From Felis catus (taxonomy: Eukaryota), in NCBI RefSeq assembly GCF_018350175.1, contig NC_058382.1:55864001-55928000 (forward strand): 64,000 nucleotides of DNA. Reading direction: 5' to 3'. Of this stretch, positions 23,612 to 36,465 are shown in pieces; the stretch's first letter is position 1; each line of letters starts with the position of its first letter. The position numbers and the translations under genes were made by a program. The notes under the pieces are model-generated. The model was not told the origin of the DNA and did not search any database. It was given only the letters and a program-made list of their open reading frames with translations.

Positions 23612-26600
23612 AAGACCTTCAGGGTCAAACGGTCCTGAATTCAAATCCCAACTCAGGTCCTCTAGTTATTTTTAGAGTCATTTTTTTTTCATCTGACAAA
23701 CGGAAATGGTGGCAGGATGGAACTCTCAGCCCTTTTAACCCTCTTCATGCACCCTCATGCTCAGCCCTAGCAGGGAGGAGACTTTTAGCCTAGAACCCTA
23801 TCCAGTTGTGGTGTGATAGGTCAAGAGCTGTGAGAAGACACTGCCTGGTTTGCAGGGGCCTTGGCCTAGAGGTGGGATCTAATGGCAGGGCAGCTCTCCT
23901 GGATGTGGGGGAGGGAGGAGGATGGGCCTCTAGGAAGTGGATGGAGCTGGAAGCCTGAGAGGAAAGAACAGCGTGGGGGGCAGAGGAAGAAGGGAGCAAA
24001 AGCAAGACAAGGGGCCTTCCAAATATGTGTCTAAATGAGTCTAGACCAGCTGAGCTATCCTGTACTGAGACTACTGCGTACCTTGGTTGGGTAAGGGAGT
24101 AACTTCAGGGGTCAAGTCCTGGCTCTGCCTCTTGTTAGGTGCAGAAGCCTGGGCAAGGCATCTGACCTCTCTGTGCCTCACTGTCTCTTCCATGAGTAGG
24201 ACTTCCCACCTAGGGTGGCTGGAAGGGTTTAATGAGTACATACAGGCAAAATGCTTAGAATGATGACCAGCAAAGAATAATCATGAATTAAATGTTAGCA
24301 ATTATGGAATTCTAAGTCTTCCTGTGTGCTGTTTCTTCTGGTCCTTCCCATGTTTCACCAGAACACTTGTCACCATCTTATTCACATTTTTATTTTTATT
24401 TTTTTTTATTGCCCCCTGCACCCGCCTCCACTGAAACAAGGATTTTTGTCTGTTTTGTTCACTACTGTATTCCTGTCTGTACTTCCTGGGACAATGCTTG
24501 GCACAGGAAAGGGGCACAATCAATACTTCTTTAATGATTGAGTGAATGAATGGAAAAGTGAAAGAATGAATAAGCTGTTATCCTGTGGACTCTAATTGTA
24601 TTCTTGATTAGCTCTGAGTGGTAATGGGTTGGCCACCCAACCTTTCAGATACTATGAGAATTGTGATGGTATTTAATGATGGTAATAGTGACATCTACTT
24701 TCTGAGGATTGAGGAGCATAATATCTGTAAGATAACCAGTGTATGTGCCCTATTATGTTACTTGTTAGTGACACCAGTGTTTTGTGTGGTGCATTGCCTC
24801 CCCCCCCGCCCCCCCCCCCCCCCCGCCCCCACCAAAGACAGCAGGGTGCCGACCAAAGTTTCTGCCCATGGTGAAGAATCCATGACCCATGTAACTGAGA
24901 GATGGGGGGATCCAACCAAGCCTATACCATCTGGTGTTTTGAATCTCTTTCTATTGAGGGCAGTGAAACCATGTGGCCAGGCCCTAGGGCAATAGCCCCC
25001 TGGTGGTGGCTCTCTGGAATCAGCGAGAATTGTACCATCTTGTGGCAGGCTACCACTGTTCATATACACTCGGTCTCACAGGGGAGAGACTTGACTGAGG
25101 TAGAAATATTTGGAGACTTTAGTTCAGTGAACAGCCCCATAAAATGTGAAGGTACCCAGTTCTGCCACCCAGGGGCTGATTCCAAACCATAGCGATCATT
25201 CTCTTCTCCTTCTTAAACTGCTGGGTGGTATGTGGGGTTCTTGAGTTCTGATTACATAGAACAGGAGGCTGGGAAGGGATCTGTGGATCATTAGTGTTAG
25301 ACGCTCATAAGAGAGGCCAGTATGGATTTTACATGAGTCAAGTCATTTATTTTGTACAGCAATCTCTGATGTAGAAACTATCAGCAGCACTTTTTACTGA
25401 AGGGGCATCTGAGACTCAAGAGAGGAGTGAACAGTTCTACAAGGTTAGGGGCAGGTCTGTTGTTCTGTTAACAAACAAAGAGAGACAGTAAGGCAAGCTG
25501 GTCAGGAGTTTAAGTTCTATTGGGGAGAGGGTCTGGATTCAAGCCCTTTCTCTACTACTTGTATTCCTTAGATGACTCATTTAACTCTGTTAAAATTGTC
25601 ACTAATATTGAACAATTGGACACATGAAAGTGTTTAAACCAGTGAGTTATCACTATTGTCAATGGAAGTTAGCTATTACTTAATTATAATCATAAATATT
25701 TAAATCATAAAACATATTTCAAATAAATAGTAAAATAGTAAATTTTAAAATAATAAAACAATTCTCAATTACTGTTAGTTATTATTGCTGTGATTATTCC
25801 CACCAATGCAGTTCCATGCTTGGCAGATGGCAGGTGCTCAGTGGTGATGGGTTACGTAGCTTGCCTAAGCCTGTTCTAGTAAATGGCAGAGTAGAATTTA
25901 AGCCTAGGCTTTCTGACTCCAAAGGTTGTGCTTATTAACAAGAAAGGAAACCAAGACTTCAAGAATACTGGTCCATTCTCCATCATGGCACAAATAGGCC
26001 ATGGAGAGGGCCTAGGACTCAGGTGCTTGGGCTCCTGGAGCTGGCTTTCTCCTCTTACACCCCAGGGTAGGTTTGCCTATCATTGGTCACCAGTAAAAGG
26101 GGATAATCATATTTCATATCAAGCTGGCTAAGATCTAATGAGAAGAACTTGTAAAGGTTCCTGGCATGTAAAAAACATCACAGCTCATATGATTATTTAT
26201 TAATGCATAGGTATTATTTTGAAGTCCAATGTGTACTTGGCATTGGGATTATTAAGGATATAGATGAGAGTAAGACTCTGTTCTTCACCTCAAGGAGCTA
26301 GTAGTCCATTGAGGGGTTCCAGTAAGTGAATAATGACATGTTCTAAGTACAGTTAACCCAGCCTAGGTGGATTGGGGCAACTTCCTGGATGAAGTGGTGT
26401 TTGAGGTGGTTGATCCTTAATGATGAGCTATGGCTCACCAAGTGGACCTAGGCCTGCAGGAGAGAAATCCAGGATATCAACATGTGCAAAGGTTCTATGG
26501 AATGAAGTAGCCTTACATGCGGTGGGGTGCGTGGTAGAATGTTCTGTATCATGGTGTCTGAGCTTTGGTGGGGAAGATAAAGCAGAGCAGCTGTGTAGAA

Positions 26601-26670
26601 TCTTTATGTATGGCATTGAATGCCAAGTTAGGGATTTAGACTTTAGCTTAGAGGCAATCGGGAACCACTG

Positions 26671-26672
<2 letters not shown>

Positions 26673-26754
<82 letters not shown>
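26673..26754 (+). repeat. Compound (GT)n(AGAT)n microsatellite
   Basis: Directly visible. Confidence 0.95.
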
Positions 26755-29266
26755 GAACAGATACAGGAACAAAGACAAGACACAAACTTGCCATTATTCA
26801 CTGCTGAGTAAAATAATGCTTACATCATAGTAGATACTTGATACTTATTGCTTGAAATAAAAATTGTTCTGGAAACAATATGGTAGTCAGACTAGAAAGT
26901 TAGAGGAGACTGGCAATCTAGAAATGAATTACCTAGCTTGATTCCAGAAAAAGTTTTTTTTTTTAATTGTATCTTGCTGCTTGTTATCAAAATAATTGCT
27001 GAATGAATGAATGAAGAAATAGTTGTCCTACTCTATTTTCTTTGTTAAGAGAGGGACAGTTTATGGGTATGGAAGTCATGTTAGCTGAGAGAAATAAAGT
27101 AGGTAAGTCCAGAAATAAGTAACCATTTAGCCCTCAAAGAATACTAACGGGGTAATGAATATCTTTTGGGAATATACTGAGACCTGTCTCTTTACCCATA
27201 AGGCTCTGTGACAAGCAACAAGAATTCTTTGTCCTCTCTCTTGACATTCTGTGGTCTTCAGAGTCTCCTGGGGACAAAAAGTGAATCAATAGATTCATTA
27301 CATGGACAAGAACCTGGCAGTTTGAAAAGGCTTTAGATGAATTCCTGATGTGTCAAGTAAGAGAAATATGTTGAAAATATTCTACCTCGTCTTGCTCAGG
27401 TGTGCCCTGTCTCACCGCAGCCTCTCTTGATTCATCTTGGGAGAACTGAGTCCTTAGTTCACCCAGAGCATGCCCCATAGCCCATACGAGCTTGGTCTTG
27501 GCAAAGAGTATAGACTGTAGTTTAGGTGGCTCACCCACAGGGCCCCAGGGCCCTTTGTCTTGTTTTATACAACACAAGGTGTTAAGTGTGCACACTTAAT
27601 CTTGGCCATATTTTTGTACAGTGGCTCCCTGGCAGTGTCTTGTCATTGTTAACCATCAGATTACTACTTGATATTTTTACCGAGATTAATGTATCTAGAG
27701 AGCCACCAGTCCTCTACCTTCATTGGCCATAAGATCATCTGTTCATTCATTTCTTACAAAAAAAAAAAAAAAAAGAAATGGAATATCGAGTGCCTCTCAT
27801 GGGTCAGGCATGGTTCTAGGTCCTGGAGTACGATGACCAATAAACATATTTAGTTACCATCATGAAACTCCTATTCTAGTGAGAGAAATGAACATAGAAA
27901 GAAGCAAACAATAAATAAAATAGGGACAGGTGATAGAAAATACCATGAAGGAAAGAAGTCAGGAAATGAGCTAATGAAGGATGAGCTGGTGAGGGGCTGC
28001 TCTTCTTCTGAAGAGCTGACATACGAACAGATTCCAGGGGGATGAGAATGGTAGGGAAGTGGAGGAAAGAGCATTCCAGACGGAGTGAGTAGAATGTGCA
28101 AAGGCCCTGGGTAGGGAAGAGCTTGACACAGAGAGTGAGGAGGAGAGCAGAGATGGAATGAATCTGGAGAAGTAGGCAGGAGATAGCTTTGCAAGTTCTC
28201 ATGAGCTGTGGCGAATTTCCCTTTTCTGTCATGTTCCAGGAGATAATTTTATGATTCAAGACATACTTGCTTTTGAGTTTTATACAGTAGAAACAGGGGC
28301 AGTGTAGACACTTAACATTCTCATGTGGAGTGTTGGGACTGAACAGGGACACTTAGCAGGATAACACTTCACTGCTCTAGGAGATGGATGTCGATACTAG
28401 AGGTATATTGTTGGATAGTTTGTCTTGCTACAGTAAATGTAAGTATGACAGACACCAGGTGTGCAGGGCTAAGCTGGACCTCTCCTATGTACCTGATGCA
28501 TCCCACTCATATCTATAGAATTTCTCCTTGGTGCCAGGCAGTGTGTGGGCAAGTGGGATCCAAGGGGAGAAAGACAGACATCCTCCTGACCTCCTGGAAA
28601 CTACACACTTACCATCTTAATCCCATAAATGCTGAGCTCAAAAAACAAAAGAGTCTTGGATTTGTCTTCTCTGGCTCTCATTTGGTTAAATTCTGGCAGC
28701 TGTCACACATTCAGAATCATTAAAATGTAGTTTTCTGTGCTTAACTTGCTTCCACAGATTAACTTTCCCAAACTCATTATGGTGGCCCGACCTTGGACTA
28801 TTCATAAAAGACCATGGAAACTATTAACTGGGTGGGTTGCTTTTCATAAGAGCAGGACAGTTTTATCTACTAGAGGCATTGGCAGATTTGGATTACATTG
28901 TAAATAAATTTATCCACTACAAACATTCACGGATCTGCCTTGCATTGTAAATAAATTTTCCCAAGTAATTGTTAAGTGATGGCCTCACAATTATGCTAGC
29001 ATAAGAAAAACAACCAGAGCAAGATTCAGTAACTTTGCAATAAATATTCTAAAAGGAACCTAGGCATTTGCAAGGAGCCAGCCGGCTTGGATTAGGTAGG
29101 TGTAAGGAGAGGACTGTTTGGTGAGTTGAGTAATTATTAAGGGCTTGGATTCGTGGTCAACATTAAACGTCAGTCATGCCCATGTGAATGTCTATGCTAG
29201 ATTTACATATTCAGCTTCCAGCCGATTCCCTGAGCTATACATAGTCCTAAGAAGGGAGTTCATTTA

Positions 29267-29680
29267 TGTATCAGTCAGCTATTTCTGGATAACAAACAAC
29301 CACAACAATATCAGTAGCACAACACCAAGCATTAGTTCCTTTGGAGCCGTGGGCTGATTGGGGTTTGGCTAATCGAGGCTAGACTCTGCTTCTCACTGCA
29401 GATCTGTGGATGGGTGGGGGTGGCTCAGCTTCACGTTTCTCATGCACCTTATACCACAGAGAAGACATGTTGTTTTCATGGAGATGTCAGAGTTGTAAAA
29501 CAGAAACACGTGAGACGCTGTAAGACCTAGGCTCAGAACTGTCTGCTGTTGCCCTCACTGCGTTCTCTTAGCCAAAACAAGCCACGTGGTGAAGCCCAAA
29601 GTCAAAGGTGAGGAAGTTCACTCCACCATCAGTGAGGTAAGGATTAGATGCAGGGAGGGCTGAATAATTTGAACTCAAAG
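29267..29680 (-). mobile_element. Old MaLR LTR (MLT1H/I-like)
   Basis: Contains tgtatcagtcagctattt, aagacctaggctcagaactg and gccaaaacaagccacgtgg. Confidence 0.6.
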
Positions 29681-30244
29681 TTACTCTCTTGTACTTTAAT
29701 CAGCATGTTTCCTTCATCTATTTATTATGAGAGGTACAAACTCATGTGCCAGACACTGGTAGGCGACAGGAGAGATTGCCACGAAATATACCTCATCACT
29801 CACTGGTTAGAAATCTAAGAAAAAGAGTTCCTGCTCTGGTTATATTTTCTATGGTTTGTGGAGTAGTCTTCCAAGAAGTCTCTCTTCCTTAGGTATGGCC
29901 CTCAATGTAACCCATCCTCCAATGTAGCCAGAATGAGCTTCCTAAAATGTAAACCAGACATTGACCCTTCCCTGTTTGAATAGTTTGCACGATTCTCCTT
30001 TGTCCTTAGGATAAAGCTCAACCTCTGGATGTTGACATTTAAGGTGATCCTAATCTGGGCCCCCAAACTGCCCAGAATTGTCTTCTGCTTTCCAGGGTCC
30101 CTAGTCCCTCCTCCATGTGTCTTAACTTCCTTATTTCCCCTTTGTCATAGCTCCAGCCTTCCCTGGTTAGGATTACAGACAGGCAGGAAGTGGGTGTTGG
30201 TGGCATGGTGTCATTGTAAGAGATCTTACTAAAAGCACACCAAG

Positions 30245-30473
30245 GGGCACCTGGGTGGTTCAGTCAGTTGAGTGTCCAACTGGGTTCAGGTCACAATCTC
30301 ATGCTTCATGAGATCAAGCCCTGCATTAGGCTCCATGCTGTCAGTGCCTACTTGGGACTCTTTCTCTCCCCCTTTCTGTGCCTCCCCCACTCTCGTTCAC
30401 TCTCTCTCTCTCTCTCCCCTCTGTCTGTCAAAATAAATAAATAAGCATTGAAAAACATTTGAAAAAAGAAAAG
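30245..30473 (+). mobile_element. Can-SINE (more diverged copy)
   Basis: Head ggggcacctgggtggttcagtc, (CT)n and A-rich tail. Perfect 15-bp TSD taaaagcacaccaag at 30230-30244 and 30474-30488. Confidence 0.93.
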
Positions 30474-30543
30474 TAAAAGCACACCAAGCATTATCTGTCA
30501 GTTATAAATAATGTCCCTTCACCTGCCTGCACATGTACATGTG

Positions 30544-30544
<1 letters not shown>

Positions 30545-30571
<27 letters not shown>
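30545..30571 (+). repeat. (CA)n microsatellite
   Basis: Directly visible. Confidence 0.9.
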
Positions 30572-30576
<5 letters not shown>

Positions 30577-31022
30577 TGCCATTTGCAACTTTGCCTAGAT
30601 GGGATTATAAATAATAAACTTCAAATTCAGTTAGAAGGAGGTGTTGAATTTCAGGTACCTTGTTGCTACTATTTATATTTAGTTCTCATCAACAGATACA
30701 AAAAGTACAACTTCTTTCAAGTAAAGATCTGTGATGGTTTTTGACATACAATGGAAACCAATCACAGTGGACCCCTTGCCTCTTTCTAAACACATCCTGA
30801 TCCCCCATAGCTCTGGTTCCCTTGACTCCCAGCAGCTCCTGTAACAGACTGTAATAGAATGATGTCTTTCTTCCCATGAGTCATATTTTCTGAAGGACAC
30901 AAACCATGCATTTTCATTTCTCTGTTGCCTAGCTCAGTGGCTAATATGCCATAGGCACTTTCTGAATGTTTCTTGAATGAATGAATGAACATATGTAAGT
31001 GAGTAGTGGAGAATTCTCTAGA

Positions 31023-31195
31023 GTAGTGGTTCTCAAACTATGCAAATAAAGAGTTTGTACAACACAGGTTGCTAGACCTCACCCCTGAGTTTCTAAATCA
31101 GTAGGTCTGGGAGGAGACCTGAGAATGTTCAGTTTTAACAAGTCCCCAGGTGTGCTGACACTCCTGGTCCAGGGGGACACTTTGAAAACCACTGC
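31023..31195 (-). mobile_element. MER5A-like MITE
   Basis: Contains gtagtggttctcaaact, tcagtaggtctggg, taacaagtccccaggtg and cactttgaaaaccactgc. The ends form terminal inverted repeats. Confidence 0.75.
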
Positions 31196-32790
31196 TCTAC
31201 CAAAGTGATGTGGAGAGGATTCTCAGTGTAGAAATAACCCCAGTCACTAATTTTGGGTAAGGGAGACACCTAGAGGGGGGTTTTAATGGCTACTAGTTCA
31301 AAGGATAAATCTGGTGTCTGAAGGCACAATTTTGCTACTAAGGAGGGATTGAAGTCTAAATACAGGGAAGCCATCGAAGTGAGATGGTCTAAAGTCATTC
31401 CTGATTTTATTTCTGTGCGAGAGTGGAAGTCATGATGGTATTAATTGTATTCACGGAGGACACTGTATTAATACAGTACCCCAAAAGCTAAAGGAGTGTT
31501 TTCTGTCTTATTCTTAGTTGTCTGGGCTCTTCATCCTTTGAGGAAAAGTCAGAAGGAGTCACACCTTCTAACCAAAGATTCTTCACCAAAGATCTCTAAG
31601 CACCTATATGCTCACACTATAGCCTCTGTGGAATGTTCCTTGCTTTGCCTAATCCTGGTCTAGACTATTGTAAGATGACCTTGCCTTGTTGTAGGATGAA
31701 TTGGATGGCCACATGGGAGTGGAGACTGTCAAAGTTATAGGATACTTTCTGCAAGGAAGGATTGAACTGTCAACATCAGGAAGTATTTCTGGTAGGGAAG
31801 TATATGTAGGGGGTGGGTTTCCCATCAGCATCACACATTGTTTAGTTCAGAAGCCACTTAATTTATCTTCTCAGCAAAAGTCATTTGGGCACCTACTGTA
31901 AACCAGTGTTCTAGAAGCTGAGCATACAGAAGCAAAAAGACAGACTTACCTGCATTTCAGAGAGATAGACAACAAACAAATGTAATTATTGGTTAGGTTT
32001 CGCTATATAACTAATCACCTCCAAATTTAGAGCAATTATTTTTTACTTCACATACCTATAGGTTAAATGACCTGGGTGGGGCTCTGCCGGGCACCTCTGG
32101 GTTCATGGAGGTCATTTCTCTCCTACAACCAATGAGATAACCCATGAATGTTCCTCTGAAGGCATTTCCTTTGAATGTTCCTAGTGACGGCAAGCTGAAA
32201 CACACAGGGCCTCTTGGGGCCTGGGTTTATAAGCGGCACATCGTCACTTCTGCCTCATTCCATTGGCCACATCAAATTCATGTGGCGAAACCCAGGGGTG
32301 AAAGGTGTAGATGCAGGTTGGAGTGAAGAACTGAGCAAAGTGACCACTTATGGTATAATAGTAAGCAACACAAAGGGCCATGAAGAAACATAAAACAAGT
32401 TCATGGCTCAAGAACAATCCCGGACGCTACTTTTGGGTGACCAGGTATCGTGGGATGGTGTATTGTCATAATCTTTAGTGGTTTTAGTGGGCGATCCCAT
32501 TGGGAGGGATGTAGCTTCAGCCTTACACTATTGTTCTGCTGTGCAGTGTGGGCTTCCCTCCTTTCTGTCCAAATATATCTTAATTATCAAGGGCTCCTGG
32601 CATAGCCGATAACTGTTGTGTCGTATAAGGGCATCTCTCTGGTTTATCCTTGTTCTGTGCAAATGCCTCATTACAGCAGCGTATTCAGAGGGTACCCAAA
32701 CTTGAGTAAAGCATCTCTTCTGGAAGATACAGCAGTTACCCCCTTGCCATACACCCACGTCCATGTGCTTGTACACATAATACCCAACCA

Positions 32791-32793
32791 GTG

Positions 32794-32842
<49 letters not shown>

Positions 32843-32852
32843 ACACACACAC
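32791..32852 (+). repeat. (GC)n(AC)n alternating purine-pyrimidine tract
   Basis: Directly visible. Confidence 0.92.
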
Positions 32853-35800
32853 GGCCTCCTTCACACAGCCAGAAATGATGCCTTCATCCATGTCAGTCAA
32901 GGAGAGACAAGAATTTTAATCCCTGGCTTCTCAGGATACAGCTCCTGGATGTTGGATTATTTCATCAGACCCCAGGTTCTGGGGTCTGCATTTGGACACA
33001 AAGCCTGGGCTTCTTGGAGGGGGGTGCTGGCCTAGGGGGAGGTAAAGCAGGGGTTATGAGGGGGTGGTTTCCAGCTTCAGTGCTCACTTGCTGCCATCAG
33101 TGCATCCGTCGGCCAAAAGAATCCCATTAGGGAGTTGAAGGGAAAACAATGCAAAACCAACAAAAATGAATTTATTCTTCAGAGACCTTTTACCACCAGA
33201 GTGAAATGAGTTTTCTCCTGTCTTTGTTGGACAAAACCTGACATCCTGTGTTTGGTTAAATGCATGTTCTCTGAGAGTAGAGGGGAGTAGGGGATTGAGG
33301 GGAAAGGTAGCATCCACTTTTACAGCAATCCTCGGAGTGCTATTATATTATCATTCCCATTTTATTGATGAATAAACTGAGCCTGGGGGAGTAAAAGCAA
33401 CTTGCCCAATGTAAGTGGAGTCTGGAGTTCCCAATCCAGGTCTCATTTTGCAGACAAATCTTTTCCACCTTCCTAGCCTTCATGGGTTTCTAACGGTGAG
33501 CCTTAAGGCCAAAGAAGACTCTTGAAGTTAACTCCTCTTGACCCTTAAAATACAAGCTGTGGGGACTGAAATATGAAGGGATGGGAGTGGCCCTTTGGGC
33601 ATGCTCACTTGGAATCAGGTGTGGTTGGCTGGAGCCACTCCGCCTGCTGGTAGAACAACTCAGGACAAAAGCCCAGGACCTTCGTGAATGCCTGACAGGT
33701 CCTGGCTGGAGATGGAGTCAGCAGATTCTCGCAAATCTGTGTCTACCTTCACTGGTGTCATCAGGTGCAATCTGGGAATCACAGCCTCCGGTTACCTGTT
33801 GTGGGTCAACACATTCATTTTCTATGTAGATGATGAAGCTGAGGTCAGACTGGAAGATTGCCCTTGGCCGAACCAAGCTCTCTCACCTAAGGTTATTCTG
33901 TTCTTGGGGAACAGCCAACAACGGACCCACTGGAGCACAAAGACACAGCCCCCGACTCTCTTAGGGTCGTCTCTGAGTCGAAGGCCTCCCTAGCCTCAGA
34001 GTTCCCCTGGGACTGGCTGAGGCATCTAAGGCCACTGCAATCCCCCCTGCCGATCTTGTTTTCCTTCCTTTTGCAGTTGTTGTTCCTGAGGACACTCCTG
34101 AGCAAGTCACCTGCACAGATTTCCATCTCAGCCCCTATTCTGGGGAAACCAACCTGTCTCACCCTGGCGATTAAATGCTCCAGCCTTGGAGCGGCACCTG
34201 TCACTTCTGCTCACAGCTTATTGGCTAGAACGGGTCACACAGCCCCATGCTGACCACAGGGGGGCGGGCAAGTGCAGCCTTGCACACCCTCCCCTTAGGA
34301 CTGCTTCCCCAACCGAGGGACTGCTTGTGGAAACATGGCTGGATCATTTCTGCCATCTTTATCCCTTAGAGTGGTTTATCATCTCCCAAGCTGTCCTCTG
34401 CTCTCTGTCTGCCTTTGTGTCTGCTGAATCCATTGGCTTAGCTCAGCTGGTCCATGACTGACAAGATGGCCCCTGCTGTGGCCTGGAGAAAAAACCAGGG
34501 TATTTCAGGATGCCTTGATGTGAAGGCTGCCTGACTCCAAAATATCCCCTTTTACTTTACCAGTAGGCAAGTTGGGTGTAGGTTTCCACATGCATGAATT
34601 CCAAGCTGGGACAATCGTATCTATCAAACACTGTGACTGCAACTCTCAAAGGCTCAGGGTCAGTGCCTACTTAGGCAAGAGGACAGTGGAAAGTTGAAGA
34701 GACCGGAAGAAGCATCAAGATGCACCTTTCCTGGGGTTTTCTGGAGGTTGTTTGGCCAACATTGCCATCTGATGGGCCAGCTCCAGCTAACGCAGCCAGG
34801 AGGCCCCCAGCAGTCACCTTGGGGCCATGTGAGGCAATCTTGTGACTCAACAGCTGGCAATGAAGGAATTTTACAAAGTGCATCGGTTTACATTTATTGA
34901 GTAGTTATTTTGTCACTTAATCCTTGCCACCACCTTATAAGTTCATATGATTTATATTTTCATTTCACCAGTGGACAGAGGCACAGAGGGTTTGAGTAAC
35001 TTACTCATTGGTAGCAGGGCTGGGGGTTAAGCTTAGGCAGTGTGCTCTAGACTCATTGTCCCACTCCTTCCTCTGCCACTTAGATTGATTAAGTCTAGAC
35101 ATCTATTTAACAGGCAGTAATGACCGTCTTCATGTTTTAGGCCCTGTGCTAGATGCTGGGAATACACCCCAATCTATTGGATCTCCGCATGGTCCATTGC
35201 TCTGTGTCCTGTTCTATTAGATATCACATAATACATTTATTCTAGGATTTAGCTCTAGGAGGAAATTTTGCCAGTGGATATTTGTATACTTTTTTCTAAA
35301 ATAAGAACTATGTAATTTACATGTTTCTTATTGCTTTGGGCACCAGGAAGCTCAGATCCAAATCAGAGCAAATATATTAAAGTTTAGGTTTAGCATTTCA
35401 GGTTTTTGAATTTTTCCTTCCAGTCTAGATTTTTAATTTTGGTTGCATCAGTTCTATTGCAGAAATTTCCTTTATTTTAAAATAACTTACATCATTTTTA
35501 GAAGGAGGCTGCATGGAAATGACAAAGTGAGATCTTTACTGCATAGTCTTAGATTCTTACTGGGAAAGGCAGACCTATATCTTCCTCTGACCCTCATTCC
35601 CATAGCACCCCACTTACAAAATTCCTTGAGCAGTGGCCATGACTATCCCCCATTCCCTGGGGATAGGTAGGAGCTTCTGAAAAATCACATCCATATAGGA
35701 AAAAAAAAGTTTCCTTAAATCATGGCTCCAACTTTGGTGCCAGATGCACATTTGTGGAGTAGGCGGCCAGTCAGATTCTCACCTGAGCAGTTAATAAAAT

Positions 35801-36405
35801 CTATTGCCCCTTGATGGATTTTTTTTTCTGCAAGCTAGAATTGATCTGTCGTATTTGTGATTTGTGAGATGGCAAGGAAACACCAAACACCATCATGACT
35901 TGGGCCACAGTTGGAAAAAAAGAAAAAAAAGAAAAAGAAAGGGGGGAAAATCCACCGCCAAGTCTTTCCAGGCATGGAGAGGGCTGGAACTGCTGGGGTC
36001 ATTTTATTTGATTTATTGGAAATAAAGTGGATCTTATTAACATTTTAATAAAGAGAATCTTTTTGCACTGGGCTGGAAGTGTTCGCCAGTCCCCGGCGCA
36101 ATTCCATTCTCTGCAAAAGTGGATTCGGCTGGCGTTGCCCAGCGTGATTTGTGAGGCTGGGCCCCAACAGTCCAAAAAGGCAAAAAGGGCTGCCTCCTCC
36201 GAGGGGCTCGCTCTGTGCGAGGTGCTCGCCCTGTATCTGCCATGCAAAACGAGGGAGCTTTATGAAGGAATCCGTCTTGTAAAGCCATTGGTCCTGGTCA
36301 TCAGCCTCTACCCAATGCTTTCGTGATGCTGCCGCTGATCTATTTGGGAAGTTGGCTGGCTGGTGAGGCAGAGCCTCTCCTCAAAGCCTGGCTCCCACGG
36401 AAAAT

Positions 36406-36456
36406 ATGCTCAGTGCAGCCAAGTGCATGAATGAAAACGCCGCCGGGCGCTTCTAG
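36406..36456 (+). other. Upstream ORF MLSAAKCMNENAAGRF*, in frame with the CDH13 ATG
   Basis: ATG at 36406, second in-frame ATG at 36427, TAG at 36454-36456, 9 nt before the main ATG. Whether it is translated is unknown. Confidence 0.6.
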
Positions 36457-36465
36457 TCGGGCAAA

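Noticed and set aside
27020..27350. Possible CR1/L3 LINE 3' relic
   Set aside because: Only a weak resemblance (tttgaaaaggctttagatgaattcctg); not supportable without an HMM search.
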